The notes: generated from the sequence alone by a model not told the origin. A DNA stretch of 62,182 bases, filler included, from a bacterium (GCA_043817485.1; 8 parts of 8 records of this genome joined end to end with filler, not necessarily neighbours in it); one strand, 5' to 3'; numbered from the whole stretch's first letter, positions 9,755 to 19,847 are shown. Made by a program: numbers and translations.

Positions 9755-11332
9755 ATGAAAATGAATCTTAACTTCCAGAGCATAAAAGTTTTATTGATTG
9801 AAGATAATCCTGACGATATTCTCATTACAAAAAAGGTGTTTGCAGAAATCAAAAAAATGGATTTTGAACTGATTTGTGTGGATCGGCTTCAAACAGCGAT
9901 TGAATATCTTAATCAACAAAAAGTTGATGTAATTCTATTGGATCTCGGACTACCAGAAAGTCAAGGACTCGACACTTTCCACAAATTACATACTCAAATA
10001 CCAGAAGTACCAATTGTTGTATTAAGCGGTTTTGATGATATAGATACCGCATTAAAGGCCATCTATGAAGGTGCCCAAGATTATCTGATTAAGCAAACTT
10101 ATAACTCTAATGCAATGGTACGAATTATACGATATGCTATGGAACGCTACCAAATATTAAAGGAATTAGACCAGAAAAACAAGGAATTAAAAAAACTTGA
10201 TGAAATGAAAGATGAGTTTGTTTTAATGGTCTCTCATGAACTTAGAACCCCTTTAGCAATTATGAAAACATATATTAACATTCTTTTGGATGAAATTCAG
10301 GGTAAAATAAATGACCAACAGAAAATTTTTTTAACTATAGTTTATAATAATATTGGTCGCCTAACTGGTGTAATCAATGATTTATTGGATATGAACAAAA
10401 TTAATATAGGTAAAATGAAAATTTTTAAATCAAACATGAATCTTGCCAAACAGATAAAACAGGTAGTTAACTTTTTTGAAATTGAAACCATGGCTAAAAA
10501 CATTACGCTAAAGCTAGAAATTCCCACCAACTTAGCCGAAGTATTTGCTGATGAAGAAAGAATAGTTCAGGTTCTAATTAATATTATAGGAAATGCGATT
10601 AAATTTACACATAAAGGAGGTAAAATAGTTATTCAAGCCTGCCAAAAAGATAAATTCATAGAAGTAAGCATCTTGAATACAGGAGATGTAATTGCGACTA
10701 AAGATTTGGAAAGAATTTTTGAACCCTTTAATCAAGGGAATCAAACCACTGACATAAGTATCAAAGGCACTGGTTTAGGGCTTACGATTACTAAAAAAAT
10801 AATTGAACTTCACCAGGGGAAAATTTGGGCAGAAAATATATTCATTCCTGAAGGTAAAGGTTGTAAATTTAATTTCCTTTTACCAAAATTTGAAAGAAAG
10901 GTAGTTTTTCGAGAAGGTTTATCTTGTGCGATTAAAGAAGCCAGAGAAACAAGGGCATCACTCTGTTTATATCTTATTGGTATAAAAGATTTTGCATCCT
11001 TGCAAGAACTTGCAAGTTCAGAAGAGATTCAATTTTTTTTGGAAAAAATAATGAATAAAATTAAAAACACTTTCAGAAACGCTGATATTATTATTCCTTA
11101 TGAAAAAGAAGGAATAATGGCTTTACTAACTGATGGTAAAAAAGAAATGGTATTTTTGTTAATAGAGCGACTAAACAAATTTATTAGTGATGATGAATTT
11201 TTTTTATCAGATAAATCATTTAAGGTCTTATTGAATTATGGTATATCTTGTTTTCCAGAAGAGGCTGATGAAGAAAATGAATTGCTTATAAAGCTTGAAA
11301 AAAGCTGGGAAAAAGAAAAGAAAAATGTTTGA
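9755..11332 (+). CDS. Hybrid kinase REC-HisKA-HATPase with degenerate C-terminal GGDEF-like domain
   Basis: LLIEDN/LLDLGLP receiver, VSHELRTPL, NAIKF, GTGLGL. C-terminal FRNADIIIPYEKEG in place of RYGGDEF. Confidence 0.88.
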   Translation: MKMNLNFQSIKVLLIEDNPDDILITKKVFAEIKKMDFELICVDRLQTAIEYLNQQKVDVILLDLGLPESQGLDTFHKLHTQIPEVPIVVLSGFDDIDTALKAIYEGAQDYLIKQTYNSNAMVRIIRYAMERYQILKELDQKNKELKKLDEMKDEFVLMVSHELRTPLAIMKTYINILLDEIQGKINDQQKIFLTIVYNNIGRLTGVINDLLDMNKINIGKMKIFKSNMNLAKQIKQVVNFFEIETMAKNITLKLEIPTNLAEVFADEERIVQVLINIIGNAIKFTHKGGKIVIQACQKDKFIEVSILNTGDVIATKDLERIFEPFNQGNQTTDISIKGTGLGLTITKKIIELHQGKIWAENIFIPEGKGCKFNFLLPKFERKVVFREGLSCAIKEARETRASLCLYLIGIKDFASLQELASSEEIQFFLEKIMNKIKNTFRNADIIIPYEKEGIMALLTDGKKEMVFLLIERLNKFISDDEFFLSDKSFKVLLNYGISCFPEEADEENELLIKLEKSWEKEKKNV

Positions 11333-12188
11333 TAAAATTCTGATAATTGATGATGAAGAAGAAATGTTGAACGCCATAGAAATAATATTATCATCTGCTG
11401 ACTATGAAACTTTTAGTGTTTCAAACGGAAAAGAGGTGTTTGAAAAAGTAAAAAAGATAATTCCTGATTTAATTCTTCTTGATATTATGATGCCTAATAT
11501 GGATGGGTTTATGATAAAATCTCAGTTAAATGAAGAGCTATCTACTGCTAATATCCCTGTGATATTTTTAACTGCCAGAGATAAAACAACAGATAAAGTA
11601 AAAGGATTTCAATATGGAGTTGATGATTATATAACAAAACCGTTTGATTCAAAAGAACTTTTGGCTCGAATTGATTCTATTTTAAGTCGTAGAAAAATAT
11701 ATGAAAAAATATCTATGACCGATGGACTCACAGGTCTTTATAATTTACATTTTTTTAAAAAGCAAATTACTATATTTTTTAATATCGCTAAAAGATACAA
11801 AAAGAAATTTTCATTAGTCATAATTGATATTGATAAATTTAAAACCATAAACGATACACATGGACATATGGTCGGAGATCAAGTGTTAAAAAAAACTGCA
11901 ATTTTAATGAAAGAAACATTAAGAAAATCCGATATAATTACAAGATATGGTGGAGATGAATTTGCTATTATTTTACCCGAATGCGATGAAAACTGTGTCG
12001 ATGAATTTATAAGAACTTTAAGAAAAAAAATCAAAGATGAATCATATGTTTTAAAAGGAAATGAAATAAAAATATTGTTTTCTATAAGTATTGGTGTTGC
12101 AACATATAGAGAAGATTTTATAGATGAAACTCAAATATTTGAATTAGCAGATAAAAATATGTATAAAGATAAAAAAGTAGTAAAATAA
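11325..12188 (+). CDS. Response regulator diguanylate cyclase (REC-GGDEF)
   Basis: Receiver motifs; TDGLTGLYN, DIDKFK, I-site RKSD, intact RYGGDEF. Start moved to ATG 11325. Confidence 0.93.
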   Translation: MFDKILIIDDEEEMLNAIEIILSSADYETFSVSNGKEVFEKVKKIIPDLILLDIMMPNMDGFMIKSQLNEELSTANIPVIFLTARDKTTDKVKGFQYGVDDYITKPFDSKELLARIDSILSRRKIYEKISMTDGLTGLYNLHFFKKQITIFFNIAKRYKKKFSLVIIDIDKFKTINDTHGHMVGDQVLKKTAILMKETLRKSDIITRYGGDEFAIILPECDENCVDEFIRTLRKKIKDESYVLKGNEIKILFSISIGVATYREDFIDETQIFELADKNMYKDKKVVK

Positions 12189-12237
12189 ATTTTTACTTTA
12201 TAGTTTTTTGTTATTTATTAATTTTATAGGAGCATAA

Positions 12238-13197
12238 ATGAATAAAATAAAAGCAGGAGTTGTTGGAATAGGTCGTATGGGCGAATATCATACTCGTATT
12301 TATGCAGAACTTTTGGATGTAGAGCTTAAAGCAATAGTAGATATTTATCCCGAAAAAGCTAAAAATTTTGAAAAAATGTATCAAACAGAACATTATATTA
12401 ATTATCAAGATATTTTTGGAAAAGTAGATTTAGTAAGCATTTCAGTACCTACTTCTTTACATTATAAAATAACTAAAGATTTTTTAAATCAAGGAATACA
12501 TGTTTTATTAGAAAAACCCATTACTACAAATTATGAAGAAGCAAAAGAACTTTTTTCATTAGCTAAAGAAAAAAGTTTAGTACTTCATATTGGACATGTA
12601 GAAAGATTTAATGGAGCAGTTCAAGAATTAGAAAAAATTGTAGAAAATCCTATTTTAATTGAATCTCGAAGATTAGGCCCTTATGCTCGAAAAGAATATG
12701 ATACAGGAGTAGTTTTAGATTTGCTTATTCATGATATTGATATAATTTTAAATTTAGTTAAATCTCCTATTAAAAAAATTTCTGCAATAGATGTAAAAAA
12801 CAATAATTCTTTTGAAGATGCTATTAGTGTTCAAATTTTATTTGAAAATAATTGTATTGCTAATTTAATTGCAAGTAGAATTACTGAAGAAAAAGTTAGA
12901 ACATTATCTATTACTCAAAAAAATGCTTATATTATTTTAGATTATACAGAACAAAATTTACAAATACATAGAAGTGCTCGACAAGAATATTTTATACAAA
13001 AAGAAGAAATTTTATATAAGCAAGAATCTATTATTGAAAAAATTTTTGTACATAAAGATAATCCGTTAAAATTAGAAATAATAAATTTTATAAAAGCTGC
13101 TACTTCTAAACCAGCTTTAATAAATAATGATCAAACAGAACTTCAATCATTAAAAATTGCTCTTAATATTTTAGAGATAATAAATGAAATTTCTTAA
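12238..13197 (+). CDS. Gfo/Idh/MocA family oxidoreductase (GnnA-like)
   Basis: GVVGIGRMG, VLLEKP, GHVERFN, DLLIHDID. Confidence 0.88.
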   Translation: MNKIKAGVVGIGRMGEYHTRIYAELLDVELKAIVDIYPEKAKNFEKMYQTEHYINYQDIFGKVDLVSISVPTSLHYKITKDFLNQGIHVLLEKPITTNYEEAKELFSLAKEKSLVLHIGHVERFNGAVQELEKIVENPILIESRRLGPYARKEYDTGVVLDLLIHDIDIILNLVKSPIKKISAIDVKNNNSFEDAISVQILFENNCIANLIASRITEEKVRTLSITQKNAYIILDYTEQNLQIHRSARQEYFIQKEEILYKQESIIEKIFVHKDNPLKLEIINFIKAATSKPALINNDQTELQSLKIALNILEIINEIS

Positions 13198-14908
13198 AAT
13201 ATTATTTAAGTATTTAAAACCATATCGTTTTTATGTAATCTTAGCACTTGTTTTTGCACTTGTTTTTGCTTTATCTAATTTATCACTTCCTTTGATACTT
13301 AAAAAATTAATTGCAAATACAATAAAAAGTAAAGATAAAGTAAATTTATTTTTTAGTGTCATTGGATTAATTATCGTAGGAATAATTAAATTTGGGTCAA
13401 ATTATGGAAAATCTTTTTTTATGGAATATGTGGGACAAAAAATAATCTATGATTTACGAAAAAATCTTTTTAAACATATTCAATTACTTCCTTTAAATTT
13501 TTATCATGATAATAAAACTGGCCAAATTATGTCCCGATTTTTAAATGATACTAATATTTTATCTAATTTTTTAGGATCTGGATTAATATCGCTTATTTCC
13601 GATCCTTTGATTTTAATTGGTTCTATTGTTTTTATTTTTTATATTCATTGGAAATTAGCTTTATATATTTTAATAATTGCTCCTTTTGCTATATTTTTTA
13701 TTTATTCATTAGGTAAAAAAATGAGATATATTACTAATTTATTGCAAAAAAATATTGGAGGAATTACTTCTATTCTTCAAGAAACTATTAACGGAATTAA
13801 AACTGTAAAAGCTTTTGGAATGGAACAAGAAGAAGTAAATAAATTTGAAAAAAATAATCAATCTTATGTAAATATTTATCTTAGAGTAATAAAAATATTA
13901 ATAATATCTTCTCCTTTAATAGAATTTTTAGGATTATTAGGTGTTGCTTTTATTTGTTGGTATGGCGGTTGTGAAGTAATGAATGGAAAATTAACATTTG
14001 AATCTTTTATTGCTTTTACTTTATATTTAGGAATTGTTTCTTCTCCTCTTCGTAGTATCAGTGTAGTTTATCAACAAATTCAACAAGCTTCTGTTTGTTC
14101 AGAAAGAATATTTTCTATTTTAAATACCCCAGTTTTAATTAAAGATAAAAAAGATGCAAAAGATATGGCTTCAATTAAAGGAAAAGTAGAATTTCAAGAA
14201 GTTTTTTTTAGTTATGATACAAACAAAGAAGTGCTTTGTGATATTAATTTTATAGTAAATCCAGGAGAAACAGTAGCATTAATAGGTTCAAGTGGTTCAG
14301 GAAAAACAACATTAATAGATCTTCTTTTACGATTTTATGATCCAACTCAAGGAATTATTAAAATAGATGATACCGAAATTAAAGATATAAAAATAGAGTC
14401 TTTAAGAAAACATATTAGTATTGTTCCTCAAGAAATTGTACTTTTTGCTGGAACTGTTCAAGAAAATATTTTATATGGCAATAAAAATGCTTCATTCGAA
14501 GAAATAATTGAAGCAAGTAAAATAGCTAATGCTCATAATTTTATTACTAATTTAAGAGATGAATATTATACAGAAATTGGAGAAAAAGGAGCAAGACTTT
14601 CTGGTGGAGAAAAACAACGAATTGCTATTGCTCGAGCCATTATAAAAAAACCAAGTATTTTAATTTTAGATGAAGCTACTTCTAATTTAGATTCAGAATC
14701 AGAAAAATTAATTCAAGAATCTTTAAGTAAAATATTAAAAAATCAAACTACATTTGTAATTGCTCATCGGCTTTCAACTATTATAAATGCAGATAGAATC
14801 ATTGTGCTTCATAAAGGTAAAATTGTAGAAAATGGGACTCATAAAGAACTTATGAAAAATAATGGTTTATATAAAAAATTTTATACAATACAATTTGAAG
14901 AAATTTAA
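13184..14908 (+). CDS. ABC exporter, fused permease/ATPase (MsbA-like)
   Basis: Multi-TM N-terminus; GSSGSGKT, LSGGEKQR, LILDEATS, IAHRLST. Confidence 0.92.
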   Translation: MKFLKILFKYLKPYRFYVILALVFALVFALSNLSLPLILKKLIANTIKSKDKVNLFFSVIGLIIVGIIKFGSNYGKSFFMEYVGQKIIYDLRKNLFKHIQLLPLNFYHDNKTGQIMSRFLNDTNILSNFLGSGLISLISDPLILIGSIVFIFYIHWKLALYILIIAPFAIFFIYSLGKKMRYITNLLQKNIGGITSILQETINGIKTVKAFGMEQEEVNKFEKNNQSYVNIYLRVIKILIISSPLIEFLGLLGVAFICWYGGCEVMNGKLTFESFIAFTLYLGIVSSPLRSISVVYQQIQQASVCSERIFSILNTPVLIKDKKDAKDMASIKGKVEFQEVFFSYDTNKEVLCDINFIVNPGETVALIGSSGSGKTTLIDLLLRFYDPTQGIIKIDDTEIKDIKIESLRKHISIVPQEIVLFAGTVQENILYGNKNASFEEIIEASKIANAHNFITNLRDEYYTEIGEKGARLSGGEKQRIAIARAIIKKPSILILDEATSNLDSESEKLIQESLSKILKNQTTFVIAHRLSTIINADRIIVLHKGKIVENGTHKELMKNNGLYKKFYTIQFEEI

Positions 14909-14920
14909 AAATATAGGAGA

Positions 14921-15220
14921 ATGATAATGAGTATTTCTAAAGAACAAGTTGTGCATATTGCAAAATTAGCTCGATTAAAATTAACCTTGCAAGAAATAGA
15001 AGAATTTTCAAAACAACTTTCAGATATTTTATTGTATATGGAAAAATTAAATGAATTAAATACAGAAAATATAAAACCTTTATCTCATATTTTACCAATA
15101 CAAAATGTTGTAAGAGAAGATGAAGAAAAAGAATCATTAGCAATAGAAGATGTTTTGAAAAATGCACCTGATAAAGAAAATAATTTTATTAAAGTTCCTA
15201 AAATATTAGAAACAGAATGA
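14921..15220 (+). CDS. gatC: Asp/Glu-tRNA amidotransferase subunit C
   Basis: VVHIAKLARL...NVVRED...LKNAP...FIKVPKI. Confidence 0.93.
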   Translation: MIMSISKEQVVHIAKLARLKLTLQEIEEFSKQLSDILLYMEKLNELNTENIKPLSHILPIQNVVREDEEKESLAIEDVLKNAPDKENNFIKVPKILETE

Positions 15221-15354
15221 AAAAATAATTTTCTTTGCAAAAATTCGATATAATTTTAAAAGTTAAAAAATTTCTTGACGAATTCATTATATTGCAATTA
15301 TTAATTACCATATATTCAATTTTTAAATAAATTTAAATTAAATATGGAAAAAAA

Positions 15355-16047
15355 ATGTATCAAATTAAATTAGATATATTCGAAGGCCCTTTTGATCTAT
15401 TGCTTTTTTTAGTTAAAAAAAATGAAGTAGATATATATAATATTCCTATTGTAAAAATAACCAATGAATATCTTGAATATTTAGAACTTATGAAAGAGTT
15501 GAATTTAAATATAGCAAGTGAATTTATAGTTGTATCTGCTACTTTATGTTATATTAAATCAAAATCACTTCTTCCTAAAAGTTTATTAGAAGAAAAGGAA
15601 GAAGATTCTGCTCAAAAATTAGTTTTTCAATTAGAAGAATATCAAAAATATCAACAAATTTCTCAAACTTTTAAACTAATGGAATTAGAACAAAAAAATA
15701 TTTTTATTCCACAACCAAATGAAAATAATAAAAATAAAAGTAAAATAATGTTTGATGATATAAATTTATTTGATCTTTTATTGATTTTTAAAAAACTAAT
15801 GAAAAATATGGAAAAAAAGTCAAGAGAAATTGTAGAAGAAGAATTTACTATTGAACAAAAAATAAATACTATTATAAAAATACTTGAAGAAAAAAAAGTT
15901 CTTGATTTTGTAGTTTTTTTTGAAACTTGTTTTTCTAAAATAGAACTTATTATTACTTTTTTAGCTTTATTAGAACTTATTAAAATAAAAAAAGTTTGTA
16001 TACGACAAACAGAATTATTTGGAAATATTAAAATGTTTCTTCAATAA
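15355..16047 (+). CDS. scpA: Segregation and condensation protein A
   Basis: FEGPFDLLL, IKSKSLLP, ITFLALLEL, QTELFGNI. Confidence 0.93.
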   Translation: MYQIKLDIFEGPFDLLLFLVKKNEVDIYNIPIVKITNEYLEYLELMKELNLNIASEFIVVSATLCYIKSKSLLPKSLLEEKEEDSAQKLVFQLEEYQKYQQISQTFKLMELEQKNIFIPQPNENNKNKSKIMFDDINLFDLLLIFKKLMKNMEKKSREIVEEEFTIEQKINTIIKILEEKKVLDFVVFFETCFSKIELIITFLALLELIKIKKVCIRQTELFGNIKMFLQ

Positions 16048-16102
16048 CTTGAACCGAAATTTGAATCGAAACTTGAATCGACGATTTAAATCGTCGGTTC
16101 AA
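16048..16102. repeat. Three 12-nt tandem units running into a 30-nt near-perfect palindrome between convergent genes; probable bidirectional terminator or REP
   Basis: CTTGAACCGAAA, TTTGAATCGAAA, CTTGAATCGACG; palindrome TTGAATCGACGATTTAAATCGTCGGTTCAA at 16073-16102. Confidence 0.7.
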
Positions 16103-16114
16103 ATATATTCCTTT

Positions 16115-17041
16115 TTATTTAAACATTTCTTTAATTGCACCCCAAGATTTATTTTCTATAGAAGTAGGAGAAGTTATAGAAAAATTAACTTCATCAATTA
16201 AAACTGTTCCTTTTACAGCATCAGCAAAACCAATACAAAATTCAGTTACAAGTAAAGTAAATTTGTCACCAAGTTTTAATGGATCATCTATTTGTTGACC
16301 TAATTGAGAAATATCAAATTTTGCTACATCTGATAAATAAGGAGAAGAACCAATTAAATTACTTCTATCTCTCATTTTAAAAGACATTCCATTTGTTAAT
16401 GGAATACTTACTAACTGCCATTGTCCAGCAGCAGGTAATATATAAGAAACTACATTACCTGGAACTCCCAATTGTCCTAATGTACAAGAATAAGTAGTTT
16501 GTCGTCTATAATGAGGTGAATCTTTTTGGTAATCTGCATCATTTGGATTTTTAGCAGTAACAGTTGTTGTAGTTCCAGAAGTTTTTACTTCAATTCCTAC
16601 ACCATGTTCATATTTTTTTCCTATAACAAGACCTATCCCCATAGTAGCAACATCTGTTTGAAGAATACTTTCGGGATAATTAATATATAAATTTAAATAT
16701 TTTGCACCATTAGATTCAGAAATATATATTCCTCCATTAAGAGTATTAGCTGGATCAAATTCATCTTTTAAAGTATCATTATCAATCCAATAAAAACTCA
16801 TTCTGTTATTTTGTCCACTTAAATTTAATTTTAATGCTTGATTAGTTCCATTTGCTCCTGGAGTTTGTATCTCAGCATTTATCGTATCATTAGCCAATGG
16901 CGTATAATCAAAATCACCAGTACCATCCCAATATTTCCATTGGCTATTAATTCCTGTATCAAAATTGTCTAATTTATCTGCTGCTTGAGAAAAATTAATA
17001 AACAAAAATAAAATTAATCCTAAAATAAAATTTGTTTTCAT
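16115..17041 (-). CDS. Secreted protein, probable carbohydrate-binding beta-sandwich (CBM11/CIA30-like), with C-terminal SWGxIK tail
   Basis: Signal peptide ending SQA-A; AAGGAGG RBS; GQWQLVSIPL and GTVLIDEVNF; ends PTSIENKSWGAIKEMFK. Confidence 0.65.
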   Translation of the reverse strand: MKTNFILGLILFLFINFSQAADKLDNFDTGINSQWKYWDGTGDFDYTPLANDTINAEIQTPGANGTNQALKLNLSGQNNRMSFYWIDNDTLKDEFDPANTLNGGIYISESNGAKYLNLYINYPESILQTDVATMGIGLVIGKKYEHGVGIEVKTSGTTTTVTAKNPNDADYQKDSPHYRRQTTYSCTLGQLGVPGNVVSYILPAAGQWQLVSIPLTNGMSFKMRDRSNLIGSSPYLSDVAKFDISQLGQQIDDPLKLGDKFTLLVTEFCIGFADAVKGTVLIDEVNFSITSPTSIENKSWGAIKEMFK

Positions 17042-17184
17042 TAAGAATAACCTCCTTAAAAGTTTTTAAAAAATATTATAATATTGTCATATTGTTTAAA
17101 TATATTTACCAAAGTCCATTTTTAATTTCAAAAATAAAAATTTTTATTTTATCCATATTTCTCCTTTTTAATTAAAAAAAATAT

Positions 17185-19199
17185 TTATTCAAAGATTAAT
17201 TCTCCTAATAAAGATGCTTGTTCTGTATGAGTATAACTTGGAGACCATTGTGTATAAACATTTTGAGGGTTATTATTTCTGCTTATATTAAAATTCCATA
17301 TTTCCCCATTTTGAGGAGTAGTAGTTTCTAAATCTTTCAAAGGAATAACAAATTCTATTGACCAACCAAGTTCATTAATAACTCCATAAGATTGCCATTT
17401 ACCATTCCATTCTGTATTACTATTTTTGCTATCAAATTGAACACCTAAACAATTTGCAATAAATTGAAAATTTTTATCTGAAGAAAAATTTATTAATACT
17501 TCTATACAATCATCTTTCCAAACTCTTTCATCATCTTTCCCAAGAGCATTATGAAAAAGTTTTTCTACATCACTTTCTTCGCAATCTACTCCTATATAAA
17601 GATTTTCATCATCATAAGTAATAAAAAAAGCAGTTCTTTTTTTATTTAAAAAATTTCCAGTAATTGCTACAAAATCTGTTTGAGGTTTTTTTTCTGTCCA
17701 TAGATTTTCATTTAAAAAACCATCTAATTGAATTTTTTCTTTTGTTTTAGAACAAAAAAATTGTTTTCTAATTTGTAATGAATTTTCAACTTTTGAAGTA
17801 ATTTTTTCATGAGAAATAGAAGTTTGCATTATAGGAGTAGGATATAAATAAGCAGAAAGAATGTTTACTTGAAATTCTTTTTCAAAAGGTTGTTCTTTTT
17901 TTATTTCAAAATCAACTTTTTGAGGATCAATAGAATAATTTTTATCTGTTTTCCAAAAAATTTGACCTTTACAAATTTCTGAGAAATCAGTGTTTATTTT
18001 TATTTTTATTTTTTGTTCTTTTTTATCAAAATTTAAAGAAGGAATTTTAATTTGAGGTCTTATTAAATCTATTTTTTCAATATTAAATTGAGTCATAGAT
18101 GAAAGTAAATATTTTTGTTTAAACCAAGAATTTTTTTTATCTATTGTAAAAATATCAAATACATTTTTATTAATATCAATTGCTTTTAGAGTTAATTGAT
18201 TTTTTTGAATAGAAATGAAACAATAATGAGGTATATTTTTAAATAATCGTGTCCAAACAGATTGAGATTTTTTATGAAAAAAATTTTCATCTCCATTTGC
18301 TGTAGTAACAAAAGTAGTTGCATATTTATCATCAAAATTACCTGCTCTAATAGGAAAACTACATTCGTAAAAATGATTTTTTCCACTAAAAACTAAATCT
18401 ATTCCATATTGATAAAATAAATGACAAAGATTATTTCTAATTTTTAAATTTGAATTTTTAGAAGAAAAAGTAAAAGGAGAATGATGAAAAAAAACAATTT
18501 TCCATTTAAAATTTATAGATTGTTTTAAATCTTGTTCTAACCATTGAAATTCTGGACTTTCTTTTTCCCATTCAGAATTAGAATCTAATGCAATAAAATG
18601 AGCATTACCATAATTAAAAGAGTAACCTTTTTCATCAAAAGGAAAATTAAAATAATCAGAATAAAAAGAATTTTTTTCTTTTTCAAGATTTCCAGGACAA
18701 GTAAAAATTGGTTTTTCTTTAATAATATTTTTCAAAGGATTAAAAAATTGATTTTTTAAAGAATTTTCATTTTCATAAGAAGATAAATTTCCAGTATGAA
18801 GAATAAAAAAAATTTTTTGTTCTTTAAAAAGATCTATTAAACAAGAATGAATTTCATTTTCAAGAGTTTCTCCATAAACAACAAATGAAAAAAAATTACA
18901 TTTTGATGAAGGAGTTTTAAAAGTATTTATTTCTAAATCTTTTTTTTGAGTTATTATTTTATAACAATAAGTTGTATTTTCTTTTAAATTTGAAATTTTG
19001 ATTTGGTGAAAAATATTTTCTTTTTCTTCTACAATTTCTATTGGTTTTGGTTTTTTTAAAAAATTGTTTTTAGAAAAATAAAGAATTTTTCCTTTTGTTT
19101 TTATATTTGTTTGCCATTTAATAATTACTTCATTTGAAGTAATATTTTGTAAATATGGCCCAATTATAATATTTTCATTAGATAAAGATATTTTTAAAA
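17185..19199 (-). CDS. Purple-acid-phosphatase-like metallophosphoesterase (degenerate active site) fused to a CBM9-like domain; 5' truncated by contig end
   Basis: Upstream segments translated by hand in the same frame give GPYLQN...IKWQT, VYGE, HTGNL; then PGNL, FFHHSP, FSGKNH; C-terminal LDGFLNE..W, YDDENLYI, WSIEFVIP. Confidence 0.8.
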
Positions 19200-19299
19200 N
19201 NNNNNNNNNNNNNNNNNNNNNNNNNNNNNNNNNNNNNNNNNNNTTAATTAATTAANNNNNNNNNNNNNNNNNNNNNNNNNNNNNNNNNNNNNNNNNNNN
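19200..19299. other. Artificial contig spacer
   Basis: N44-TTAATTAATTAA-N44 six-frame stop linker. Confidence 0.98.
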
Positions 19300-19493
19300 A
19301 TAACCTCCTTTTATTTATATATTTTTATTTATATATTTATAAAAGATTATTCTTTTACAAAAAATTAACATTTCTATTTAGTAATTATCGTTAACATTTT
19401 GATTTAGTAATCACACAAATCATTTTTTTCTTGACAAAAAAATTACTTAAAGAAAAAATAAATTAAAAATTTAAAAAAAGGAGGAATAAAATA

Positions 19494-19592
19494 ATGGCAA
19501 AAGCTATCCCTGCAAAAAAAGTTGCTGTTACAAAAAAAACTGCTGTTGTAAAAAAAGCTGTTCCTAAAAAAAAATCTGGTTGCAAAAAATAG
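19494..19592 (+). CDS. 32-aa Lys/Ala/Val-rich histone H1-like microprotein (absent from the ORF track)
   Basis: MAKAIPAKKVAVTKKTAVVKKAVPKKKSGCKK; AAGGAGG RBS; upstream TTGACA at 19431; terminator directly downstream. Confidence 0.75.
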   Translation: MAKAIPAKKVAVTKKTAVVKKAVPKKKSGCKK

Positions 19593-19602
19593 ATTGTTGT
19601 GT

Positions 19603-19645
19603 AAAACAAAAAAGCAGAGGAATAATTCCTCTGCTTTTTTGTTTT
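19603..19645 (+). terminator. Rho-independent terminator, probably bidirectional
   Basis: AAAACAAAAAAGCAGAGGAA-TAA-TTCCTCTGCTTTTTTGTTTT perfect inverted repeat with U-tract. Confidence 0.88.
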
Positions 19646-19847
19646 ATACAGTTTAAAATAGAAAGTGATTAAAAAAACAAGTAATATTAAATTTCAATAA
19701 TCATCTAGTAAAATAAAAAATCAAAAATATAGAAAAATAAAATTTTAAATTTTATTAAAATTAAAATTCTTGGTCAATTTCTTGACAAATTAGTAATTAA
19801 GCATTAAAAAAAATTAAAATATTTTTTAAAATAAAAAGGATTTTAAA

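Noticed and set aside
16019-16201. 60-aa ORF with NLNR repeats
   Set aside because: It is the translation of the 12-nt tandem repeat and palindrome, and overlaps two real genes.
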